This document shows positions 24,086 through 37,568 of a stretch of DNA of 64,000 nucleotides, piece by piece (the stretch's first letter is position 1; each line of letters starts with the position of its first letter). Under the pieces are notes generated by a model. It made no database searches. It was given only the letters and a program-made list of their open reading frames with translations, and had not been told where the DNA came from. The DNA comes from Eledone cirrhosa (lineage: Eukaryota). The stretch covers positions 26,164,001-26,228,000 of the forward strand of contig OZ024742.1 in assembly GCA_964016885.1 (NCBI GenBank), read 5' to 3'. Made by a program: the position numbers and the translations under genes.

Positions 24086-25019
24086 TACCTCATTTTACTA
24101 GTTTCAAGAACGCGTCTACACGACGTGAGAAAGAATCCCAAAAGGCGGAGGGGGAGATAGTCACGCGATATAACGGTCGAGATATATATACATATACGAA
24201 TGTATATATATGTATGTGTGTGTGTGTGTATGTGTGTGTGTGTCTTTGTGTGTATGTGTGTATGTATGTCTTTGTGTGCTTGTGCGTGCATATACGTACA
24301 ACCTATACACATATTATACACATCTATACACATGTGTACATCTATACACATCTATACACATATCCGAGGCGGATGAGGGTATCTCTTCGTTGTAGAATCT
24401 GTGAAACTACATATTACTATAATATTATGTAGATCAGTATAGAATTTGTTTGCGTATCGATGTATGTATTTGTGAAGGAATTCGTCTATGTAAGAGGCTA
24501 TATCCGAGATAATGAGGGGGAAAGAGAGATTGAACGTGTTAGAACATTCATAAGTTTGTAACTTACGACATTTTGAAAGATAAGCCACAATATAGTCGAA
24601 TTGAAATGTCTGTCTTATCAGTGCTCTATAACGAACATACACACCATGATGCAGTACTAATTAATTCTAGTTAGATATATAAAAACAATCTATTTTTATA
24701 TGCTACTTCTTCAATACAATTTTTATCTGTATTATCCAATATTTCCGAATCAGCTCTAATTCCACAATAGGCTAAAGAACCATTGTCTCATTGCTACAAC
24801 AAAAATAACAATAATGTATTTATGTATTTCTGTTTTGTTGGTTGTTTCATAAATAATAGTTTCTTGTCTTGTTCCCGAATCATCCTATCATTCTTTTTAT
24901 CATCGTTGTTCCTTCTGTTAGTATAGAATTAGTATTGTTTACAAACATTTCTACTGACATAGACACACATACAAACATATATACATATGTGTATATGTAT
25001 ACATATCTCTCTATATAGT

Positions 25020-25950
<931 letters not shown>

Positions 25951-26363
25951 CATTGTTTAAGCATTGATTCCTTTATTAATTATTAAATAGTTTGATGTAG
26001 GTTTGCGAGTAAATATTATTGTGCACTTATGCCGATATATTCTTATACTGTTTTCTTAATACTTTTATCAGTGTATATTGAAATGTCTTTAGCATACAAT
26101 TCCCTCTACTATCGGGGTTTTATTATTAAAGCTTCGTGTTTCAATGTTAGACATTTTATCTTCATTTCCTTCTGTCAGATATAGAGACAGCCCACTGATA
26201 TCCTGCATTGTTAACATACAAAACATAGACAGACGATGTTTCGTATGTTGATTGCAGAATAGAAATGCCGTAAACGCTCGACTGTTTGCATCTCCATTTT
26301 TATACATATTTTCTATCTAAATATCCTTCTTTCTCGGTGTCTTTAAATATATATTTATATATA

Positions 26364-27203
26364 TTACTTAAATATAAGTATGTACACGTACATACATATA
26401 TGTATACAGACGTACAGTAGTACGTATATATATATATACATACATGCACACATATATATATGTACGTATGGATTCACTGAACATTTATTATAATGCTCGG
26501 TGTGTTTGTAAACAAATATCCCGTATTAAGCCGTAGTGTCCAGCAACCATCGTTGCTCGTTTGTTCAACACTGACAAAGGAATGCTGTACTAGTTTCAAG
26601 CTTATTAGCTATCGCCAGCAACGTATATCTTCCTGCCAGATTGTTGAACGTATTTACTTACCTTATGCATATTAACGGCTGAGTAGCCCAATTTGCTTAT
26701 CGAGTGGGTTAATCGGCCGGGTGCACCGAAAACGATAAACGGAAAAAATGAAACGAAATTTCATTTCCCACTCTTAGTACCGTTTATCGTTTTCGGTGCA
26801 CCCGGCCGATTAACCCACTCGATATGCAAATTGGGCTACTCAGCCGTTAATATGCATAAGGTAAGTATATACGTTCAACAATCTGGCGGGAAGGTATACG
26901 TTGCTGACGATAGCTAATAAGCTTGAAACTAGTAAAGTGTTCCTTTGTCAGTGTTGAACAAACGAGCAACGATGGTTGCTGGACACTACGGCTTAATACG
27001 GGATGTATGTTTACAAACACACCGAGCATTATAATAAATGTTCAGTGAATCCATACGTACATATATATATGTGTGCATGTATGTATATATATATATACAT
27101 ACTACTGTACGTCTGTATGCATATATGTATGTACGTGTACATACTTATATTTAAGTAACAGCTGTACTACGAGTGGGAAATGAAATTTCGTTTAATTTTT
27201 TCC

Positions 27204-27209
<6 letters not shown>
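26364..27209. mobile_element. Hammerhead-bearing fold-back element with A-B-A'-B' structure
   Basis: Arms 26364-26742 and 26780-27158. The loop 26743-26779 is repeated in inverted form at 27164-27209. Another family fragment lies at ~32948-33075. Confidence 0.8.
26898..26940 (+). ncRNA. Minimal type I hammerhead motif
   Basis: ACGTTG CTGACGA TAGCT-AATA-AGCTT GAAA CTAG TA^ AAGTGT. The mirror copy at 26582-26624 (-) has a better stem I but core CTGGCGA. Confidence 0.65.
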
Positions 27210-27243
<34 letters not shown>

Positions 27244-27351
27244 AATTAGTATATCTACCAACATATATATACAGATGCATACCTTTGCTAGCAAATATAT
27301 CTGTTTTGTCTTAGTAACTTTGTGTTTCAATGCAAGGGATGCAGAACAATA

Positions 27352-27957
27352 ATATGAAAGACGTAAAATAAGAACATTATAAAAATTAACTTACTTACTA
27401 AAATTTCACTCCAACTAATTAGTTTCTGAAAGGGAATAAACATGGTTTCCGAATGGAACAGTATGGAGAAATCCTTTCGTCATTCGGGAAGTCTATTCTC
27501 AGCTAAGTTCCCAGGCAATTCGTGGACACAGGGAACTTATACAAAAATAATTCAGTGGATGGAAATAATTATTTTGTTGAGCAAAAATTTGCCAAAACTG
27601 CTACTATAGTAATGGTTCAGCTGCTGTCTTCTTAACACACCACTCCTCACTGATTAAACTGGATGTCACGTGATTTATTCTTTTGAATTTGCCACCGACC
27701 AGTAGGCAGTGATTTTTTCAATGTCTTGGAACTTAGTCCACGCTTTGCTTTTTTCCATCCACTGAATTATTTTTGTATAAGTTCCCTGTGTCTACGCATT
27801 GCCTGGGAACTTAGCTGAGAATAGACTTCCCTGATGACGAAAGGATTTCTCCATGTTGTCCATTCGGAAACCATGTTTATTCCCTTTCAGAACTAATTAG
27901 TTGGAGTTTAAATTTGAGTAAGTAGGTTAAGTTTTTATAATTTTCTTCTTTTACGTC

Positions 27958-27965
<8 letters not shown>
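27352..27965. repeat. Fold-back unit, ~213-bp arms and ~186-bp spacer
   Basis: 27352-27565 is the inverse of 27752-27965. Contains hammerhead-like CTGATGA CGAA..TTCG GAAAC at ~27831-27881. Confidence 0.85.
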
Positions 27966-28028
<63 letters not shown>

Positions 28029-28060
28029 AGGATATTTTCGAAACACCGAGTTGGTTTGAA

Positions 28061-28286
28061 ATTATTCGAAATGTAAGCTATCGCCGTATTTTGTCTAAAG
28101 AAATTAAAGAAATTATTTAGCCTGATAGTGGGATTAAGAACCCTCGGAGGAATTGAAAAAGATGAGTATTGACGTCAATACTCGTCTTTTTCAATTTCTC
28201 CGAGGGTTCTTAACCCTATTATCAGGGTAAATAATTTCTTTAATTTCCTTAGTCAAAATACGGCGATAGCTTACATTTCTGATAAT
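28061..28286. repeat. Loopless palindromic element centred on GACGTC
   Basis: ~113-bp arms; second family member at 60312-60561. Confidence 0.9.
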
Positions 28287-28303
28287 ATATATATATATAT
28301 ATA

Positions 28304-28920
28304 TATATTGTTATACTTGGGGAGGGTCATATTTGCGTAATATTGCCAGAATTAATAACAGAACACACTCACTGTTTGGTTGGTTTTCGCTTCTCGCTGT
28401 CTTTTATATCTGCGATCTAACTTACTCGGTCCTCAATGTTGCCATTGACTGACCGACGGTCAAAAATAATACAAATACAATATAGACACAAACACATATA
28501 TATAGTTTACATAATTTACATAAATCTTTCGTTGCACATCTGCAACATCGTCAGTGGTGTTATATTTTTTCCTCCTGTTGTGTCTACGCCATTTTTTATT
28601 CAATCTGTCTATATCTAATAAAAAATGGCGTAGACATACAACACAACAGGAGGAAAAAATTTAACACCACCGACGATGTTGCAGATGTGAAACGAAAGAT
28701 TTATGTAAATTATGTAAACTATATATATGTGTTTGTGCCTATATTGTATCTGTATTACTTTTGACCGTCGGTCAGTCAATGGCAACATTGAGGACCGAGT
28801 AAGTTAGATCGCAGATATAAAAGACAGCGAGAAGCGAAAACCAACCAAACAGTGAGTGTGTTCTGTTATTAATTCTGGCAATATTACGCAAATATAACCC
28901 TACCCGAGTATAACAATATA
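28304..28920. repeat. Fold-back unit, ~297-bp arms and 16-nt loop
   Basis: 28304-28600 is the inverse of 28617-28920. Hammerhead-like CTGACGA TGTTGCA-GATG-TGCAAC GAAA on the minus strand at ~28519-28559. Confidence 0.88.
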
Positions 28921-28970
28921 TGTTTCGACACACGATTTCATATAAAAAACCTCGCTAAACTAATATATAT

Positions 28971-29091
<121 letters not shown>

Positions 29092-29099
29092 TGTAAATA

Positions 29100-29150
<51 letters not shown>

Positions 29151-29155
29151 TATAT

Positions 29156-29545
29156 GTTTCTTTTATTTGCCACTAGGGCATCAAAAGTGGGACAAGTACA
29201 AAGGGGGGAGTTTACACAAAAAGGCGTCCTCAATAAGGAGGAGGCAATAACAAAATATAAAAATAAATTAAGATATAACAAAAAATAAAATTTATAACAA
29301 AATCCTCAATAGAGAGGAGGCGCCTTGGGGGGTCGCACACACCCCCGAAAAAAGTGTGCAACCCTTCTCCTCAGGAGCACAGAGAAGGGGTGCTCCCTTG
29401 GTCTTTCATCTTCCTCACCTATAGTCTGATGTAGAGTGAAGGCCCATTCACACAGGCCATTCTCGCCACTTTCACCCATCTTTCATAGAAACGGCTGGGG
29501 TGCAGCACCTCTCTCTCCATCCTGATCCTTCTTCCGAAATGATAT
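29156..29545 (-). mobile_element. Tx1-like LINE 3' fragment (subfamily B)
   Basis: Reverse complement of the ORF2 end (YHFGRRIRMERE..YIRL*) and the 3'UTR of copy 5. Embedded in (TA)n. Confidence 0.93.
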
Positions 29546-29549
29546 ATAT

Positions 29550-29637
<88 letters not shown>

Positions 29638-29851
29638 TGTGAGAAAAACCACAGACCCTCCATCTCAGCTCACCTTTTGAAAGGCAGAAGAACGGCGAAA
29701 CCGGTAATGGAACCAAATAAATATATATATTTAAAAAAAAAAATAAGACTCCAGCTGCATTTTCGATTTCATCACTTTTTCTTTATACTCTCACTCGTGT
29801 AGGACACCTCGGTTATTTTTCATTTTGTAATAAAAACCTCACTTTCTAATA

Positions 29852-29956
<105 letters not shown>

Positions 29957-30144
29957 CAAAAAGAAGAGTGACATGGTTGGCTATACAATAAGGACTTTAT
30001 TCACATTGCTGACAATTGTTTCTTTGATCTAGTAGGTCTAGAGTTCGCTACTGGCTTGATGTTGCCTCAATCGATCTCCAATACTTTGTTTATAACCAGT
30101 CGTTTCATCAGCACACTCTGATTAAACGACTGGTTACAAACAAA

Positions 30145-30560
30145 CTATTGTCGTGATCGAAAGTTTAACATTTTTAAAACATGTATAAAGTTTCTTCCTA
30201 TTATGCTCAATGTTATTGGTGCAAGAGTTTATCACAAACATGCATCGTCACGATAAAGTCCGCCTTTAAAGTGCGGAAAGGTAACATACAGTTCATTTAG
30301 GAGGAACAGTCCAAAAAGTACAGTTACCTGGGCCGAATCACTCGAACCCATTGTAACGTCGAAGTTGTTGGGTGTGTTTTTACGCGTCCAGAGTGTATCC
30401 TCAAATTTGATGATAGTCCTACGGGCTGCTAGTATAACATCAATCTGCGGTCGTGTAAGGCTAGACACTCGCATGGCTATAATTAAGGCTTTATTAAGGA
30501 GGATAGGTGAAATCGACGTGTAATAGGCATCAATATCAAACTGGCTAAACCTACTAGACT
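30145..30560 (-). pseudogene. Penelope-like (PLE) reverse transcriptase fragment
   Basis: FSQFDIDAYYTSIS...FDVTMGSSDSAQV...GLYRDDACL, matching PLE RT motifs FD(I/V)..Y.SI, MGS and Y.DD. Confidence 0.8.
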
Positions 30561-32200
30561 CAAATCGTATCCATTAGCTGCTATATTTCCTTATTTTTTT
30601 GTTTAGGTTTATATTGATTACCATCATCATTATTATTATTAGTTTTTTACAGCTTTTCGATTTTAGTTTCCATAGTCTTTTGGCTACCATACCCTATCTA
30701 TCTTCTTAAGCATTATTATAGTTTCACTACTAACACCTTATGAGTTTATATCTTATTAAATACTTTGTTTGGAGTCTCATTCAACTAATGAAGCCCCTCC
30801 TCTACACACTTAATATCCGCCCCTTCTATTATACTATATATAAATTTCACCTTTATGCTCCTTTTTATGATATTATATAATATATTGATTATACTTTTAT
30901 GCTCTTTCCTATCCTCCATAACCTCTCTTCTTTCTGTTCCCATTGGTCTACCATAGTTCTATTTAGAGTCCTTTTATTTGATAACGTTATTCGACTGAAC
31001 GGAGCATATTTTACTCTATTCTTGATAATGTTATTGAGATATCTTAAAATTATACGATTTTGATGACTTAAACACTAGCCAATTTTGAAGTGACTAAATA
31101 TGTATTTTAAATACTTTTAATATTAATTAATTTAAAAAGGTTTTCTAGTCAACTCTCCGGTTTACATTTCTATCTTATTTATTTTACTTAACCGCTTGTG
31201 ACACCTAAGTAAATATACTTGATTTTGTTTTTCGATCTTCGGTTTATTTAATTTATTTTTTTACTACCAAACGCTGTCTGTCTGATCATGTAATTTCATT
31301 AATATATGTCTGTGTATGTCAACCACGTAAATATATATATTAAGCATTTCCTTAGACTCTGTTTGCTATTTGATATTAACGTTGTTATATCATATCATTT
31401 TTATGTAATCGTATTATAGATTTTAATATATGTCTGTTATTTGAGGTACTGTTCTGTTATATTTTGTAATATTTTGTGATATTTTAGTAATATTTATGCC
31501 AATGTAAAATGCCTTGACCTCCGTGTATTTGTTACAATGGTATAGATATTTTTACAATACAATTTTTTCAACACAATTTAGTTCTATATGATTTTTTTCT
31601 TACCCTGTGTAAAACTTTATACTATTTGTTAACCTTGAATTATATGTATGATGCAATTTTGTATATTTGTGATGCCAATATATTATAATATTGTTATTAT
31701 AATGTTATTATAATGTCTCTATATTGTTTATGCACACTGACAGGGAATTATATATTATATTTTATTTTTATTTTATCTTTATTCTTATTTTTATCTTTAT
31801 TATATTATACTGTAAACAATATATATATATATATATATATTTAAATACTTAATAAGTGTTAGTTTGTGTTTGTACTAATGTGTACATGTATAGATATATA
31901 TATACATATATTAAGCTTTTTATTATCACCATGTATTATATTATATTATATCATATATTGTACTGTAATTCTCGCATTATATTACCATTTGTGTTTCAAG
32001 TTTTTGCATTATACAATATTTGCAATGTGGGTTCAACATGTTAATCACTTCCTTGCTATTTGGTCTATATCCATGTTTGTAACTGCTCACTCTTAATCTT
32101 AGCCAACTTTTCCTTGATATCTTTCCTAAGCTTTAATAGATGTATAGTCCATATTCTTCTTAGTTTTTGGCTTGTATTGGCCGATAGTGCTTCTTGTAGC

Positions 32201-32252
32201 TTTACTTGCCCTGATGAGTCCTTAATAGGACGAAACATTGTTGGCTAATAAA
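32201..32252 (+). ncRNA. Minimal type I hammerhead ribozyme with intact core
   Basis: TTTACTTGCC CTGATGA GTCCT-TAAT-AGGAC GAAA CATTG TT^ GGCTAATAAA. Confidence 0.75.
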
Positions 32253-32394
32253 GACTTTTGTTGTATTGAAGGCTTCTTTGGTTTATTTTTTATAATTCTT
32301 CGGCTCTGTTTAATTACATTCGGCTATATCTTATACTGTCATTTCTATAATATGAAGAGGGTGTTTAACTCCAACACACTCTAGTATTTTAATT

Positions 32395-32488
<94 letters not shown>

Positions 32489-32875
32489 TATATATATATG
32501 TATACATACATACATACATACATACATACATACATACATACATACATACATAAATGGTGGCTGCCAACTCGTTTTCGAGTATGGCCACTACTTTATATCC
32601 ATGTAGAACTGCTACCGATGCGCTGAACGAGTGTGACATTTTAGTCCAGCCAGCAACTTGAAAACTCTGGTACAAACACTACACATGTGACCATTATTGA
32701 CACATAGTGCTGGGCCCATGGTACCATGTGACGACAAGGGCAGAGAGATCTCCAGATATAGAGCAATGTCTGTGCCGTGAAGCTTTTATAGCGAGCAAAG
32801 GCACTGCACAAAGCCAGTCCCTCTCTCTTAACCAAGATGATATTTACCAAAAAGAAGAACAAGTCAACATCATTG

Positions 32876-32948
<73 letters not shown>

Positions 32949-33075
32949 CAAACAAACCGAACAAGCCGAAAATGTTCGGTGAACCCATACGTACATATAT
33001 ATATATGTGTGTTTGTATGTATATATATACATACTACTGTACGTCTGTACACATATATGTATGTACGTATACATA

Positions 33076-33108
<33 letters not shown>

Positions 33109-33186
33109 GTGGTTAGTTTCAGAAGATCCCTTTTAAGGTTTAAAGCAGCGACTCTTTGCTTCAACTTTAATCTGTTATTTTAATAA

Positions 33187-33950
<764 letters not shown>

Positions 33951-35594
33951 GTGCTTACGCTCTGATTTCAAATCCCGCTGAGGTTACCTTTTTTTTCTTA
34001 TATAGCATTTTTCTGTTTGACAGTCAGTATCTTTGTCGGTAATCTTTTTATTCAGGTATGTAGGCTGGTAATTTCTTTTGGTAGGAGAATGTCTTCGCAA
34101 TTTAGTTGATATATCTATCATCATGTTTAAAGAAAATATGGAAATAATTATTGAAATTAATTTAAATGAATGTAAAGGTGAAATGTCTTTATCTCTATAC
34201 AAAAGAAAATAACTATTCCTGCCTTTAATAATTGTTGCATATGAACATTTAACATGCTTTTGCACATTACGGATTTTAGATCATTTTATCAAGATCTATT
34301 GAAAATATTAAGTAGAGGAGAGAAAATGTCGTATGAACTACATTGTCTTCCAACATAAAAAACACTAAATTCTTACATTAAACGGGGAGAAATCTAGTAA
34401 AACGTTAACATTTGTGGATATAAACTGGAAACAAAAAAGAATTAGATAATGAATATTACATGAAACTATAATGCAATAATATGATTGAAACTACAGCAAA
34501 GCCAAGCCATAAAAGTAGAATGATATCAATGAGAAACAAAACAAAATACCACCGTTACTAAAGCTACATTAACGTATAAAATGCTTAATCAAGTGCGAAA
34601 CCAATGTAATGTTAAAAGACTACAGAGAACAAAAAGTTTAACTCTCTTCCACAATATATTTTGATTAATCCAGCAAAGAGTGAAATCGAATAAATTAGTA
34701 GGCATATCTTAAATAAAACAAATATTAGTGTCTGGTAATCTAGTAACTTCCTGCAACAGAATAATGTTAAAATCTTAGTTAGGTGGCACAACAGTATTAA
34801 CAAGAACTGTAATAATTGGTTTACTCAATTGGATATCATCTTTCTTTCCTTCTTCTACACTCTTAAACACCTTCTTATACAGACAGTTCTTCAACATTTT
34901 TTCAAAGTAATTTTGCAGTAGAAACAGTACCGCATTTAGATATGGAATGGACCTCCGTCGGTTTCGGTGATGAGTATTCCAGTTTTTCAATCAAGAGCAA
35001 CAGCCTGATCATGAAATTAATTTTCAAGTGATTAGTATTCCATAGGCACGTGGAGCCTGATACAAATCTCCGAGAAAGTTGGCGTAACGCTGAATGTGAA
35101 ACATCAGATGCAACAAATAAATTCCCCTTAAAGCTGTACATAAGACGTGATATAATAAGCGACTGAGTACTTGTCTCACTTGTCTCTCGAGAGAAAGATA
35201 AAGAGTGCCAGAATGGAAGTGAGAAAGAGATATAAAGGAGGAATAGACCCAAGTACTTGACTGGTATTTATTTTCTCATCGACCTTGAATGAATATAAGG
35301 ATGTATTTGAATTCAGAGAGCCGAAACGAATGCTGCAAATCATACTAACAGACGTTCTAACGACTCTGCCAAGGTGGCAATTATCTGATTTATCTCTCTT
35401 ACGAACACGTGACCTTTGTATGAGTAAGTCGATGGGTTATCCACAGTTAATTTACATCTGTATATATCAAAGACCTTGGCAATGGTTGCGCAGATTTAAT
35501 ATATTCTCACTCCTATTCAGACAGTTTCATGTAATAAGCAGAATCTCAGGAAGAGATATAAAATAAACTAAGTATTCACTATTCACCTTCAAAG

Positions 35595-35653
<59 letters not shown>

Positions 35654-35783
35654 AAAGAAATGAATCGAAATAAAAACATCTTGATTTCATATATGTTTGT
35701 GTGTGTTCAGATTATATCTTAAGAAGATCATATGCTAATGAAAGGAGTGTATTCAATATACAGACGTATACACATGCACACAG

Positions 35784-35814
<31 letters not shown>

Positions 35815-35889
35815 TGCACACATACATGTGTACACATCTATATCATATCTATCTATCTATATATAGTTATCTCTATATAACTACATATT

Positions 35890-35923
<34 letters not shown>

Positions 35924-36940
35924 GGACACAGGAATTAAATATAGTATTTATTTGTGTAAGGAACTTATAAATGATTTATTCAAGGTCACCGAGGGAGAAA
36001 GTCTTTTTATATTTAAATAGTACGTTTCTAAAAAAGTAACCATCATAAACTTTCTATACATTTATGTAAGCCAAGTGAAATTTCTTTGATATGATAACAT
36101 CCCTCAAAGTTTTGCTTGTTGATTCCGTGTGATTTATCTAGGTATAAATTATTAATTTATGTCTAAGATTAAATAGAGACATTATTCATTTTTATGACAT
36201 TACGGTTATTCAAATTTTTACATCAATATTTTTTTTTTGTATTTATATTGGCATGAGTTAAGTAGTTTTATAAATGGTATCAGTAAATGTCTTTCTATTC
36301 ATTCTCCGTCTTCTTTCAAATGTGAATATCAAAACAAACTAGGTTAGTCTATATTTCACACATCCAAGATTTTCATCGATGTCCAATATACAGCATGTGA
36401 TGTTGCGATATTTCCCACACAGTATTCTTCACAGGATATTAGTGTAAACGTTCCTATATTTAGTTTACTCCACATCTTAAGAATAAAGCAGACAGTTTTC
36501 ATTTATTATATAAGATGTGGGAAGGAACTACTTAAATACCACATCTACTAAGCCTACTATATATAAAACAAATGGTTTTTCGTCCTTTAATTAACATTAC
36601 CCTGTCTCATCCGTCAGATTCCGCCTTAAATATTATTTTCTAGAATGGCAAAGCCACAAAATAATCTTCCAGAACATCATAAATTCTTGAGTCTGGTTCT
36701 CTCTTGGCCGGCGTCAGGTACTCTGGAGTTCATTTACAAATATCGATCATATTGAATCGTTTTTTATCTGATTTAATGGTACCAAACCTCTCATATTTCG
36801 GGCACCAACGAACGACAAGGAGGTAGATATATGTATTAGAAAGTGAGGTTTTTATTTACAAAATAAAAAAAAAACATGTCTTACACGAGTGAAAGTATGA
36901 GGAAAAAATATGAAATCGAAAATGCAACTGGAATCTTTTT

Positions 36941-37320
36941 ATAAGAGGTCCAGATCGTCTCTTACAAGGCTTGGTATGTGTTTGAGAATTGGTTTTAGTA
37001 GTATGTCTATAAAGTTGCTTAGTCTGTGTGTTTCACATTGTTGGCCCGCTACAATTGGTCTTCATTTAAGGTCAGTGGATTATTGTGTGTTCACGCATGT
37101 TTACGTGGATTTTTTACAGGCATCGTAATTATTTTACACTTGTGGATCTTCGGAAGTCCGTAAAGGTTGCTGGTTTCGTATTAAGATGTTCAGAAATGGG
37201 CAAAATGTGTTAAATAATCGCGTTCTTTTTAGTTAAGTCTTCCTGGCATCGACAATTGAATGTGTTTAATCTGGTCATTGTTTTTGATTGCTGGTAGTTT
37301 TTTACTATTTCATAGTAGTT
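36941..37320 (-). pseudogene. Penelope-like RT N-terminal fragment
   Basis: ETSNLYGLPKIHK...DLK*RPIVAGQQCETHRLSNFIDILLKPILKHIPSLVRDDL, matching PLE YGLPKIHK and RPIV motifs. Confidence 0.85.
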
Positions 37321-37359
37321 AGTCTCTTATATATATATAATAATATAAAGGATCGACCG

Positions 37360-37568
37360 GCTCTCGTCAAAACGGACCGAGGAAACAATGTTTTCCTCGT
37401 TCATTCCATTTGCTAATACAATCTATCGGTCGCAACTCCAGATAGAAGGAGCAACGTGAAATAAAGTGCCTTGCTCAAGGACATAATGCATCGCCCGGTC
37501 CAGGAATCGAACTCACAACCTCAAGATCGTGAATCCAATTCTCTAACCACTCAGCCACACGCCTTCAC
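37360..37568 (-). mobile_element. tRNA-derived SINE, second family
   Basis: Reverse complement has TGGCTGAGTGG (A box), GTTCGATTCC (B box) and TCCTTGAGCAAGGCAC. Related copy at 44540-44810. Confidence 0.75.

Larger units (their letters stand above)
23166..24182 (-). mobile_element. Retrozyme-like / Penelope pLTR-type non-coding element with direct repeats
   Basis: ~425-bp direct repeats at 23166-23591 and 23757-24182 (period 591), each with a hammerhead motif. Flanked by TA-rich microsatellite. Confidence 0.7.

Noticed and set aside
28120-28160. Hammerhead in the loopless palindrome (CTGATAG..GGGTT-AAG-AACCC)
   Set aside because: The core is incomplete, with no adjacent GAAA or stems I/III.
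26364-28920. Palindromes as amplification or assembly chimeras
   Set aside because: Arms carry multiple substitutions and indels and families recur elsewhere in the window. Only 62793-63539 remains somewhat suspect.
33984-34990. Possible Penelope-like coding relics on the minus strand (NTHH..RSIPY, IDIILLLW)
   Set aside because: Too decayed and motif order is inconsistent; needs a profile search.
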